A stretch of DNA of 62,896 nt, filler included, from Octopus bimaculoides (GCF_001194135.2; 7 parts of 7 records of this genome joined end to end with filler, not necessarily neighbours in it); one strand, 5' to 3'; counted from the whole stretch's first letter, positions 25,106-37,149 are shown. Notes: generated from the letters alone by a model not told the origin. Made by a program: numbers and translations.

Positions 25106-26354
25106 CAAGAGAAAGCAAAAAGGTGGAGAATTTCAGGTGATGAATATCTAACTATAAATATATGGATATTTATATAAATAGTTCCAAAATACACAGTGTA
25201 CAAACGACAGAGAAAATTAAAAGGGTGGAATAAAGTTGTTTCTGTGGCTCTGATTTCCATAATTTCGCTGGAAGATAATATTGTTCATCGCAATATGCAG
25301 CCGTATTGATGCAATTAACGTTGAATAAGACGAGCCTCCGTCATCAGGGTAAAGAAGGTCTTACGGTTCAGATCTTAATGCAGAACCCCTTCGTTTGTGG
25401 ATCGGTTAATTTTGTTTTCTAATCACTAAAGTGAGAAATGGAAATGTTGGACTACATACCCCTTCAGTGTTCAGAGGTGTTGCTTCCCAACCACATGGTT
25501 CACCATTCAGTCCCATAGCGTGGCACCTCCTGTAGTGTTGTCTACTATAGCTTTGGATCGACCAATGTCTTATGAGTGGATTTGGTGGGCGGAAACTGAA
25601 AGGAGCGGCGAGCTGGCAGAGAAGTTAGCACGCCGGACGAAATAACGTTTCTAAAAGTGTAGGTGAGGTTGTTAACGTGCAATTTAAAAAGAATAGGAGT
25701 TGAACCTATGTATGTGAGTGATGAATTATTAAGTTTTTATGTTACATTTATAAAGAATATTATTAATGAGACACTCAAATCTAGGCAGCATGCACTAGAG
25801 TTAATGAGATTGGAGTTTGTATTTTGTTTCAGTTCATAGTCCTGGCTCGGATGATGAAATCGAATGATGTAAATTAAGCTTCTACAGGTTATAAGAAGTT
25901 AGGGTTTACGTGAAAGTTGGGCAGTGGAATAAGAAATTTTAATGATACATCTATTGAAACTTTTCTCGTATCTACACTGTAGGTGTAATTTATTAATTTA
26001 TCGAAAGACCTAGCTACTAAGGTTGTTAAAGTTAAGTTAAATAGAAGGTTATATCAGTTAACACGTATTTTCTGTTTCTAGTAGTGTGTTGTGACGTGTT
26101 TGTAGGAACAACACGAAAGATGTTCATTCATCATAAATAATTACCCACTCTGAAGTCTTAATTCTCGATCCTTTAGTTTCCACCTTATATCCCAGAATCC
26201 TAGACCACATCCATGACTAGAACGCTTGCTGTAACATCCAAGACCTGCTCCGTCTAGTCTCCTCTCTTACTGACATGTATCTCTAACCATTGCAAAAACT
26301 CTTCAAATACTCTTCATGCCAGCCTTATCTAAAAGCTCACTACTAAGGTATTTT

Positions 26355-26534
26355 TTTATTCTTTTACTTGTTTCAGTCATTTGACTGTGGCCATGCTGGA
26401 GCACCGCCTTGAATAGATTTTAGTCGAACAAACCAATCTCAGGACTTATTTTGTAAGCGTAGTACTTTTCTATCGGTCTCTATTGCCGAACCGCTAAGTT
26501 ACGGGGACACAAATTGTCAAACGGTGATGGGGGA
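26355..26534 (-). mobile_element. SINE family A, 3' half
   Basis: cttttacttgtttcagtcatttgactgtggccatgctggagcaccgcc; truncated by a gap. Confidence 0.85.
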
Positions 26535-26578
26535 NNNNNNNNNNNNNNNNNNNNNNNNNNNNNNNNNNNNNNNNNNNN

Positions 26579-26590
26579 TTAATTAATTAA
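26579..26590. other. Artificial scaffold linker
   Basis: Same 44N-12-44N layout. Confidence 0.95.
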
Positions 26591-26634
26591 NNNNNNNNNN
26601 NNNNNNNNNNNNNNNNNNNNNNNNNNNNNNNNNN

Positions 26635-27070
26635 ATAGGTAAACAGGTAGGTAACTATATAGGTGGACAGGCAGGTAAATATATAGGTAGACAGGCAGGT
26701 AAATATATAGGTAGAGAGGTAGGTAAACATATAGGTAGACAGGCAGGTAAATATATAGGTAGACAGGCAGGTAAATATATAGGTAGACAGGTAGGTAAAT
26801 AGATAGGTAGACAGGTAGATAAATAGATAGGTAGACAGGCAGGTAAATAGATAGGTAGACAGGTAGGTAAATAGATAGGTAGACAGGCAGGTAAATATAT
26901 AGGTAGACAGGCAGGTAAATATATAGGTAGAGAGGTAGGTAAATATATAGGTAGACAGGCAGGTAAATATATAGGTAGACAGGCAGGTAAATATATAGGT
27001 AGACAGGCAAGTAAATATATAGGTAGACAAGCAGGTAAATAGATAGGTAGACAGGTAGGTAAATACATAG
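26635..27070. repeat. 24-bp minisatellite ATAGGTAGACAGGCAGGTAAATAT, about 18 copies
   Basis: Directly visible; gives the spurious periodic ORFs in the track. Confidence 0.95.
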
Positions 27071-27149
27071 GTAAGCAAATGCTAAGGAAATAAGAAGACA
27101 GGTAGTTGGCAGGACAGGTCACCAGGATGAAGGAACCTTGACTTCACAA

Positions 27150-27520
27150 AATCACATTGTTAGGTGAATTCTCCTCTTGCCACCACGATAGAAAAGGGGC
27201 AAAAGGACTCCCTAAAGAGATCCCCTGGTTCCAGCTACATAGATTTCTACCAGAGGACTTATCTTGATGCTGACCAAAAGGCCTGGTGTTTCACTGACTT
27301 GCAGGTAATGGCCACCTTTGAAGATACCGGCAGGACTGTCCTTGAAGACAAGGAAAAGGAGAGAAAACAAGGATGCTCCAATCGTCCTTGCTGAACCTAC
27401 CTTCCCATGCGGTCTCTGCCATCGTACCTGCTTGTTCCAAATTAGACTCATCAGGCACAAGCAAGCTTCTGGCAGACGTGGATACCCACCTCTGTAAACC
27501 ACAACTCATGAAGCCATGCC
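27150..27520 (+). mobile_element. RTE (BovB-like) LINE 3' end with C-terminal zinc finger
   Basis: KGQKDSLKRS...FEDTGRTVLEDKEKERK...FPCGLCHRTCLFQIRLIRH across frameshifts. Confidence 0.7.
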
Positions 27521-27568
27521 ATCATAGGTAGGTAGGGAGGTAAATACATACATGCAGGCATTCATATA

Positions 27569-27710
27569 CACCGGGGGTTCTCAACCATTTTTTATCTATG
27601 GGTCCCCATTGAGTACTGTTTTATTATGGTGGACCCCATAGGCATTCGATGTTTAAAAAGTAGTTTTATAGAACTTCTTTCAAAATTCCTATTTTGTTTT
27701 TCAACTTAAT
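27569..27710 (+). mobile_element. hAT-type MITE, one end
   Basis: cc-gggggttctcaacc terminus and atggaccc subterminal motifs shared with 47328-47582. Confidence 0.5.
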
Positions 27711-28243
27711 CCCTTAATCAACTTAATCCCTTTCACTGTCCTTGCTTGTCCCCTCTATGTTTAGCCCCCTGTGGGCAATAAAGAAATAAATATTATAGAG
27801 AGGGGAGGGTCCTTCTATACACAAGTATGTGAATAAGAATTAATTGAAAGAAACATCTCAAAATAAATCAAAATAAATACAGTAACGAAAGGGTTAATCA
27901 ATACACACACACACACAAACATGCATATGTGTATATGTGTGTAAATGTATAAATATGTATATGCATATGTATATGCATATATATATATATATATATATAT
28001 ANNNNNNNNNNNNNNNNNNNNNNNNNNNNNNNNNNNNNNNNNNNNNNNNNNNNNNNNNNNNNNNNNNNNNNNNNNNNNNNNNNNNNNNNNNNNNNNNNNN
28101 NNNNNNNNNNNNNNNNNNNNNNNNNNNNNNNNNNNNNNNNNNNNNNNNNNNNNNNNNNNNNNNNNNNNNNNNNNNNNNNNNNNNNNNNNNNNNNNNNNNN
28201 NNNNNNNNNNNNNNNNNNNNNNNNNNNNNNNNNNNNNNATATA

Positions 28244-28278
<35 letters not shown>

Positions 28279-28364
28279 TAATGTCTGTTTTTATGTTCAA
28301 TTATAATAAAAACAATTTTACATTAATCTGTTGGGTTACTCTATACTTTTGCAATGTACAAATA

Positions 28365-28483
28365 TATTCTTAAACAAGAATATTGTTGATAGTAACTTTG
28401 AAGTTTCAATCAGTTAAGCCATCGTCCAACAACGGGTTAACTGGCTGAAACTTTGAAGTCAATAATATTCTTGTTTAAGAATA
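28365..28483. repeat. Imperfect palindrome / small foldback element
   Basis: tattcttaaacaagaatatt...aatattcttgtttaagaata arms of about 50 bp with one 5-nt bulge and a 13-nt loop. Confidence 0.8.
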
Positions 28484-28710
28484 ATATATACACACACACA
28501 CACATATATATGTATGTATATATATACACATATATATACATACATTTATATATATATATATATATATACACAAACAGTTAAATATGTATATTTTTATTGC
28601 ATCAAATTGTAATGAATTACATATTTTGATATTATTTATAAAAAATAATATCAACTGCTATACCCAGCCACAAATATAATTACAACTGCCAAATTGTTTT
28701 TATTAATTGA

Positions 28711-28747
<37 letters not shown>

Positions 28748-29254
28748 GACGTTATTTTTATCATCATCACCATCATCATCATTACTGTCAATTTCAACTG
28801 CAATAACAACAATCACAATTATATTTTTAGCCCCAACAGCCACATAAATAAACACGGAATTATTGAAGTACATTGCTATAGACAAAAGAACACTAGGGGT
28901 CATGAAGAGACAGACAGCCAGACACACACACACACACACATGCATATATACATGTATTTGTGTAAACAGGGAACAGCAATCCTTTCAAACAGATTATATT
29001 AAAACCAGAATTTAATCTCCTTTATTATTTTTTTTTTTTCCTTTTTAAAGATTTTTCATATTTGTCCTTCATGTTTGCTTTGGGAACAATAAGGTTCTGA
29101 AATCCAAACGTCTGACATTTCAAGATTTTCCACAAACCTCTTTTATGAGTTTAACCCCATTGTCATAGTGGGATGTGTTCTGTACTTTCTGTAGTAAGTC
29201 ATTAAGAAATGAGGGGGTAATTTGAAATTACCAGAAAAGTTTGTCAACATTCAT

Positions 29255-29510
29255 CGTCATCATCATCATCATCATTTGGGTCGGTTGGTTGAACTGGGGT
29301 GTGGGAAGCCAGGAGGATGCACCAGGTTCCAATCTGGTCTGGTAGTGTTTCTACAGCTGGATGCCCTTCCTAATGCCAACCACTCTGAGAGTGTAGTGGG
29401 TGCTTTTTATGTGTCACTGGCACAGGGGCCAGAGGGAGCTGGCATCGATCCCGTTTGGATGGTGTTTTTATGTTCCCTTGGCACGGGAGCCAGAGGGAGC
29501 TCTAAAAGTC
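29255..29510 (+). mobile_element. SINE-like repeat family E
   Basis: ctacagctggatgcccttcctaatgccaaccactc motif; (CAT)n at the 5' edge. Confidence 0.7.
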
Positions 29511-29619
29511 AGGGTGCCCATGGTCTTTTTATAGGGTTTTATTTTTCCATAAGTAGCCCTCAAATATCTCCCTATTGAGAATTACACATTGTTGATTACC
29601 TTTTCTTTATTTAATTTTG

Positions 29620-29895
29620 TTAGTCACTGGCTCTTGTGCGGGTGGCACATAAAATACACCATTTTGAGCGTGGCTGTTGTCAGTACCGCCTGACTGGCCT
29701 TCATGCCGGTGGCACATAAAAGCACCCACTACACTTTTGGAGTGGTTGGCATTAGGAAGGGCATCCAGCTGTAGAAACTCTGCCAAATCAGATTGGAGCC
29801 TGGTGCAGCCATCTGGTTTCACCAGTCCTCAGTCGAATCGTCCAACCCATGCTAGCATGGAAAGCGGACGTTAAACGACGATGATGATGATGAAT
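29620..29895 (-). mobile_element. SINE-like repeat family E, inverted relative to 29255-29510
   Basis: gagtggttggcattaggaagggcatccagctgtagaa is the reverse complement of the motif above. Confidence 0.75.
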
Positions 29896-30364
29896 GATGA
29901 TATTTACACACAAAACCCTCACAACAGCACAGTCCAAGTATCCCACCTTGTTTTTTGTTCAAACTGGCCAGACCTAGTCACTCATTTTTTTTACCTTAAA
30001 TTGTCATTCATTCTAACGATAAACAATCACATAATTAAAATCCCAAAGCTACAATTAATTAAAAAACAATGTCAACAAATAAGCATCACATTTGATTGAG
30101 TAATCCGGAAATAAAATGGTTTAAGTAGTGGCTTCAGAACACCATTTCTAGTTTTCCAGTGTTTCTGCTCAAACTCTTCAATTCAATCAATTTTCTGTTA
30201 ATCAAGTTGAAGCTATAGTTTGTAATTAATTGCAATAACGTATCTATAATATTTTGTTTTTGGAATTGGTTTGCCAGATTCTTTATGTGAGTTGGTATGT
30301 TGAAGCATATTCTGTTGTGTCTGGGGAGTCATTTTCTTTTTGGGCCTTATAATTTAACACTTTT

Positions 30365-30686
30365 TTTTTTTGCGCCCTTTTAAAGCCTAGCCAGTCTCAT
30401 GGGCCCGGTTTCCCAGTTTCTGTGGCCTATGTGTTCCCCCACATCACCCCAGCTGGACGGGATGCCAATCCATTGCAGCGTTACTCAAGAAACACGAAGA
30501 AAGAGTCAGAGAAAGTTGGGGACGAAAGAGTACAACAGGGGTCTCCACCATCCCCTGCCGGAGCCTCATGGAGCTTTAGGTGTTTTCGCTCAATAAACAC
30601 ACACAACGCTCGGTCTGGGAATCGATAACCGTGATCCTTCGACCGCGAGTCCACTGCCCTAACCACTAGGCCATTGCGCCTTCACA
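30365..30686 (-). mobile_element. tRNA-derived SINE family C (V-domain-like)
   Basis: Reverse match to 47663-47975. Confidence 0.85.
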
Positions 30687-30808
30687 TAATTTAACACACT
30701 CACTGGTAAAATTTCCACTTATTCCTTATTTTAATTTTTCTATAATCTATAATGATTAATTAATNNNNNNNNNNNNNNNNNNNNNNNNNNNNNNNNNNNN
30801 NNNNNNNN

Positions 30809-30820
30809 TTAATTAATTAA
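30809..30820. other. Artificial scaffold linker
   Basis: Same layout. Confidence 0.95.
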
Positions 30821-30864
30821 NNNNNNNNNNNNNNNNNNNNNNNNNNNNNNNNNNNNNNNNNNNN

Positions 30865-30915
<51 letters not shown>

Positions 30916-31480
30916 ATGCATTGATGTACATCGTATACATATATATTTATACAGAGAAAATTAAAATCCCGCGTGTGTGCATGCTTTTATTAAAAATTTG
31001 TACATTTAAAAATTCCACGTGCTGCATGCATGAATGCATATATCCATGCATTGCATGTATGTGTGTGTGTGTGTGTAAGTATATACGAACGTATGTATTT
31101 ATGCATATATGTAAGTATATATGTATGCATGCATGTATGATCGTAGGTATGTATTTATGTATGTCTGTATGCACTTAGGCATAAACGTATATACGCAAGT
31201 GTGTATTTTATGTGTGTATGCATATATGAATCATCTATATGTATCGTGTTGTGTCTTTGTGCGTATACGTATAAGTATGCATATATGTATGTATGTAGGT
31301 ATACACACACACAGGCATACATATAATTTAAATGAAAATGAGATAACAGAAATTACTCGAGAACGGTAGGGCATGTATTTCTACGTAAATACGGGTATAA
31401 CAAATAACATATAACATGAAATTTTGCTTTGGTGAAAATTAACTCCGACTCTTAATGATATATCATGAATATGTGTGTGT

Positions 31481-31529
<49 letters not shown>

Positions 31530-31553
31530 ATCTCTCAAATTTATAATTGAAAT

Positions 31554-31627
31554 ACTATACTGAAGTCGGAAATTAGTGAGTAAAAATGATCTTTTGCATC
31601 TCTTTAATCCCGAAACGCGTATATAGT
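31554..31627 (+). ncRNA. Putative minimal type I hammerhead ribozyme (degenerate, A9U)
   Basis: Stem I ACTATA/TATAGT, core CTGAAGT, imperfect stem II, GAAA, palindromic ACGCGT stem III, GUA cleavage triplet. Confidence 0.5.
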
Positions 31628-31679
31628 TGATCAAAGCCGGGTGGATTCGTTATTTTTTTCTCTTTGCCTNNNNNNNNNN

Positions 31680-31723
<44 letters not shown>

Positions 31724-31988
31724 ACATATTTATGTATAAGTATATATGTATATATATACATATATACACACACATACGTATATACGTATATGTAAATCTA
31801 AATATAAATATAGCTGAGTGCATGTGTGTGTCTGTGTGTATGCATGCATGTACAGGAGTAAGTCTACATGTGTAAGGGTTTCTGTGTCCACGGTTAGGTA
31901 AAGCTTGTCTCCGTAAATTAATATTTCGACAAGTGAACGACAACATGTATGAATGTATACATCTATGTCTATATATTTTATATTGAAC

Positions 31989-32389
31989 AGAATATTTGTT
32001 GTAACGATATATCTGCTTCAACAATTCAGCACTGAATCTGTCTAAAGTGTAATGGAAAATAGGTCAGCTTCAAAACATTGATGTCCAGGTCACAAATGCA
32101 AAGTTTGAAGGGGTTAGTAATAATTTCCTTTGATTTCTAGATAGAAGCAAATATGAAATAACACTTACCGACCAAAGACAACCAGCAAATCTGTGGTGTG
32201 GACCAGAATATTTGCTATACGATATTTATGCTTCAGCAATTCAGCGTCAAATCTGTCTGAAATGTAATGCAAAATAGTTCAGCTTCAAAACATTTATGTC
32301 TGATCACAAAAGCAAAGTTTTAAGGGAATAGTAATCATTTCCTTCAATTTCTAGATAAAAACAAATAGAAAATAACACTAACCAAAGAC
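31989..32389. repeat. Diverged tandem duplication, period about 216 bp
   Basis: 31989-32180 vs 32205-32389, roughly 80% identical by eye. Confidence 0.85.
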
Positions 32390-32834
32390 ATAAAAAAAAA
32401 AATTGATACACAGTGTTATCGATTCAGTACAGTTTCGCGTCATTTCTTTGCTTCATCGAATGACGCATGTCACCTGACGCTCGTATGTTAAATGTCATTT
32501 AAAAATTTTTCGGCTATTTTTTTCCATGATCTCAGATATTCAACAAAATATTTTTCGGCAGATTGGCATTTAAAAAATATTTTTTTATCTGTCATCTCTA
32601 TTCATCATATTCATCTTTATACTTCAATAACCTACGTTATACATACGTACACATTCGTGCTTGTATATGCATGAGTATGACTACACACATTTGCATATAT
32701 CGTCAGTGCCTCTACCTATTTCGTATTTCTATTCTAATCAATTTACCTACCTGATGCCTTTCAGCAGCGAATGGATTTATGAGATATTTCTACTTTCATT
32801 TCGAAATTTGGTGTATTTAGTCATTGATATTATT

Positions 32835-33230
32835 ATTATGTAAGCGAGAGCAGTGCATGCCATCAAAGTGACACAGGGGTAAAATATACGAATCGTATCA
32901 TGACTACTCGTCTGATAAGGGTACACCAGGCACATGCATCACAACCATATGTGCGCGGCATAGTGATCTCATATCAAGATAATCAGCGCATAACCTTGTA
33001 GGTGGGACCCAGTTAGAATTTTCTTCAGGTCGAGTAGCCCATCCTGCTCAAAAGATCCCTGAATAAGGCTTGTTTAAGGATGAGGAATGAAATACCCATG
33101 TTTCCAGAGGTGAATTATCCAAGCCCCCCAAAATTCCTCTCAACACACGACTATGATGTTCCCCCACTACTTTTGCTCGTGATCAGAAATGCACATATCG
33201 TCAGCCAACAAAGGGACATGCTCAACTGGT
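32835..33230 (+). mobile_element. Unclassified interspersed repeat (SINE or LINE-UTR like)
   Basis: GC-richer block resembling an Octopus repeat I recall; single copy in this window. Confidence 0.3.
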
Positions 33231-33542
33231 TATTTTTTCTTCCTCGTATCTATTCTTTTAAATAATTATGCTTCTAATTTCTTTTCCAATTAAGTAATAT
33301 TTTATACGTTTTTTTACCTTTTGAATTACTGTGGCATAGTCAACCCAAATCAACTTATTACTTGCAGATTTCCAAGTATATCCCAAAAATAAGAGACATT
33401 GGTTTATACAACATGCTCAATTTTGTCTGAAGCTCATATGCTTTGAACAGTTACGGAATGGGAAGTGTTTCAATGAATATATTGCTCTACCCTTAGTATC
33501 GAGTACTCTTGCATTCACATGGAGGCAAACATGTACATTCTG

Positions 33543-33576
<34 letters not shown>

Positions 33577-33690
33577 NNNNNNNNNNNNNNNNNNNNNNNN
33601 NNNNNNNNNNNNNNNNNNNNNNNNNNNNNNNNNNNNNNNNNNNNNNNNNNNNNNNNNNNNNNNNNNNNNNNNNNNNNNNNNNNNNNNNNN

Positions 33691-34734
33691 TAGACCGAAA
33701 AGCGGCTGAAACAGCTCGCGATATCAACGATGCGTTTGGCCCAGGAACCACTAATGAACGTATACCACAATGGTGGTTCAAGAAATTTCGTAGCGGTGAC
33801 GAGAATCATGAAGATGATAAGCGTAGAGGTCGGTCATAGGATGTTGACAACGATCAACTAAGAGCCTTAGTCGAAGCCAATTCACGCACAACTGTAACTG
33901 TTCGAGAGCTTGCTTCTGAATTAGACGTAACGTATACGACAATTTCCAACCACTTGAAAGAGCTTGGAAAAACAAAAATACTTGAGAAATGAGTGCCGCA
34001 CGAATTGAATGACAACCAAAAAAAACAACAAAAAAAACGCCATTTTGAAGTGTCGGCTTCCCTTCTTTTACGCAACAAGAATAACGCATTTCTCGACAGG
34101 ATTGTGACATGCATTGAAAAGTGGATTCTTTACGACAACAGGTGACGCTCAGCTCAGTGGTTGGACGCTGACGATGCTCCACGTCACTTTCAGATGCCAA
34201 AGTTACACCAAAAGAAGGTCATGGTGAGTGTTTGGTGGTCTGCAGCCGGTTTCATCCGTCACAGCTTTTGGATTCAGGCGAAACTATTATGGCGGAGAAG
34301 TACTGTCAGCAAATGGATGAAATGCATAAGAAACTCCGACAACAACAGCCAGCATTGGTCAATAGAAAAGGACCAGTTATTCTCCACGACAACGCTCGGC
34401 CGCACGTCGCACAACTGACCCTGCAGAAGTTGAAAGAATTGGGCTACGAAACTCTGCCTCATCCGCCATACTCACCAGACCTCTAGCCTACTGACTACCA
34501 CTTTTTTAAGCATCTCGACAACTTCCTGCGTGAGAAATGCTTCAAAAACCAAGACGATGCCAACCACGCCTTCAATGATTTCATCGCCACCAGAACGCAG
34601 GATTTTTATGCTACTGGCATAAATAAACTTGTTTCGTGTTGTCAAAAGTGTGTTGATTCTGATGGTGTTTATTTCGATTAATAAAGTTTTGCTTGAGCCG
34701 AGATATGTGCATCTGAACTTTCTTGACAACCTAA
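33691..34734 (+). mobile_element. Mariner (Hsmar1/SETMAR-like) transposase pseudogene, 5' end in a gap
   Basis: WFKKFRSG HTH, (W)VPHEL, TCIEKWILYDN, ILHDNARPH, HPPYSPDLSPTDYHFF motifs; stops and frameshifts; right TIR ...cttgacaacctaa followed by TA. Confidence 0.95.
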
Positions 34735-35153
34735 TATAATCACTGTTAGCTTGGGAAAAAAAACCAAAATTACTCGCAGAAATGTGTATTATATTAATAA
34801 CAGTAATAAATATTTTATGAATAATAATTATAAGCTTCAACCTACCACCGTTCATCATTTATTGCCTATAGAAAATAGTCTAATATTGGGGCATATGAGC
34901 CCTCGACGGGAATATAATGAGTAAAAGATATTTTAAGCCTAAAGCTTATAATTATTATTTACAGAATATTCACTCGTTACCCTTTCTTAATTGAACGCAG
35001 TAATTAATATATTGCAAATATAACGAAAATGCTTCTTGTTCTTGTGTACAATGTCTTAGCAGAGAGTTCTAAATGAATGCAATGAAATTTATGCACGCTC
35101 AAATGAGAAGGCTACTAGACAATGAAACCATGCCATACATATTAGGATAAATA

Positions 35154-36010
35154 CGCGGGGGTATCCAAAAGTAACAGGAAATGTTCCCTGTGGATAAGTC
35201 CGTTGTAGTTCGGGCTTCCGCCGCTACAAGCCACTTGATGCGACCCTCGGACATCAGTCTGCCGACCATCCTCGTTTTCTGAAGTCGTACTCCCGCGTGT
35301 TTCGTCTTTGCTTTGCGCTGCTTCTCCCCTGTTCCTCGATTTTTGGCGATGGCTGAAACGGAGACAACGGAGAAACAGTTGTCATGCTTCAAACTGCGAA
35401 CAGGGACGCTGCCATGAGCAAAACAAGTTTACGAATGGTTTTCACGCTTTAGGAATGGTCACTTGTCGCTTGAAGACCAACCTCGTTCTGAGCAACCGTC
35501 CACCTCCTGAACGAATGAAAGCATGAAAATTCATGAACTGATCTTGGAGGAACGTGTCCGAAAAATTGACGAGCTTGTTGCTGTGACTGGTATGTCCTGG
35601 ATCTCCTGCCAACTAATTCTGGACGAGGAATTGCGAATGCAAAGAGTGGCGGCAAATGTGTGCCTCACTTGCTCATGGAAGTTCAAAAGCAGTCACGACT
35701 GAATGCCTGTCGTGAACTGAAAGAACAGCTGAAAGTTGATCCGGACCTTCTTTCCAAGGTCATCACTGGTAGCGGAAGCGGGTGCTACGGAATTTGCAGA
35801 TGTGGAAGAGGTGAAGAACAAAACGACGGAAGCGTTAAAAAGGATCACTTCGCAAGAGTTCCAGCACTGATTCGAACAGTGGAAAACGCGCCTGGACCGA
35901 TGCATTACTTCAAATGGAGAATAATTTGAAGGCGATAAAAGAGTTATCATGTAAAACTGATTGAATAAAATAACATTGCAAAATTCCGGTTTCTTTTGGG
36001 TTCTCTCTCG
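35154..36010 (+). mobile_element. Internally deleted mariner (second lineage), 857 bp
   Basis: Degenerate TIRs (cgcgggggtatccaaaagtaacagga / reverse cgagagagaacccaaaagaaaccgga) with TA flanks; VYEWFSRFRNG, VPHLL, SKVITG, then a jump to FEQWKTRLDRCI..GE*FEGD. Confidence 0.9.
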
Positions 36011-36645
36011 TATATCATTATCAAAATTATAAGCATTATATCCGCGAAATATTTCGTTCCATTATTAAATGTAATGCTTATTTTGGTAATGTTATTTTAA
36101 ATTGTTTATTTATTAGATATTTTCTTCTATCAGTAAAACCATTGTGTATTTCATTGGTTTTGTATATGACCTGTAATTTCCGTTAAGGCATTACAGTAGT
36201 AGGAGTACGTTTGTGCGCTATAGAAGCACATACTTGTGTCCGGAGAAGATATATTTGATAGAAGCTTACATTATCTTTTATCTGTATGACAAAATTCATT
36301 TTCACTTGGCCTTCTGGTTTCCCCCCTCCTCTCTCTCTATCTCTCTCTCACTCTCAAACACACACATACGCACACTCATACATAGGTTGTACATATTCGT
36401 AATAATGAAGAGGAACTCAAATAGCCGAATACTTTAGAAATAAAATGCGTGTGTTTCTAAATGAATTTGCATGTATGTATGTATGTATGTATGAATGTAT
36501 GTATGTATGTATGTATGTATGTATGCATGTATGTGTGAGTGTGTATGTGTGTAGTGTCTGTATGCATGTATATATGATTTATGCATACACACACACATAT
36601 ANNNNNNNNNNNNNNNNNNNNNNNNNNNNNNNNNNNNNNNNNNNN

Positions 36646-36657
36646 TTAATTAATTAA
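36646..36657. other. Artificial scaffold linker
   Basis: Same layout. Confidence 0.95.
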
Positions 36658-36711
36658 NNNNNNNNNNNNNNNNNNNNNNNNNNNNNNNNNNNNNNNNNNN
36701 NTATATATATG

Positions 36712-36900
36712 GGAGAATATACGAAAAAACAACAACAGACGAGGACAGGTAGTGTAAATAACAAAAGGATGTATTAGTATGACGCTCGGGAATACGGAAA
36801 GTCTTTGACGTTTCGAGCTACGCTCTTCAACAGAAAGAATACGGAGACAAGGAGAAAAACACGGAGAAAAAAAATTGAATAGTGTCCAGTCAACGGTCAA
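36712..36900 (-). mobile_element. Short PLE-type repeat carrying a hammerhead motif
   Basis: Homologous to 21190-21355. Confidence 0.6.
36802..36838 (-). ncRNA. Putative minimal type I hammerhead ribozyme (A6U core variant)
   Basis: TCTTT-CTGTTGA-A-GAGC-GTA-GCTC-GAAA-CG-TC-AAAGA: 5-bp stem I, 4-bp stem II, ACGT palindrome, GUC site. Confidence 0.6.
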
Positions 36901-37149
36901 TCATAATAATATATATATGTATGTGTGTGTGTGTTTGTTTGTGTATACTCACCCACGTACTTTTTCTTGCAGTTATTCATGAAGTATCATGAAAGATGGG
37001 AATACCCACTGTTTTTGACAGCATGCACATTTATCGAACCGAGTTCAGGAAACTTCAAAAGAATTCGTATCAAAACTTTATTTTATCCCGTGATCCCAGA
37101 GAAAGAATAGTTTAGAAGATATGCAATATCAATAAATCATGGTTACATA

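Noticed and set aside
506-33839. Long ORFs in the track (up to 454 aa) and YIYI/HTHT/LSLS/polyN/polyS ORFs
   Set aside because: They run through N gaps or are translations of microsatellites.
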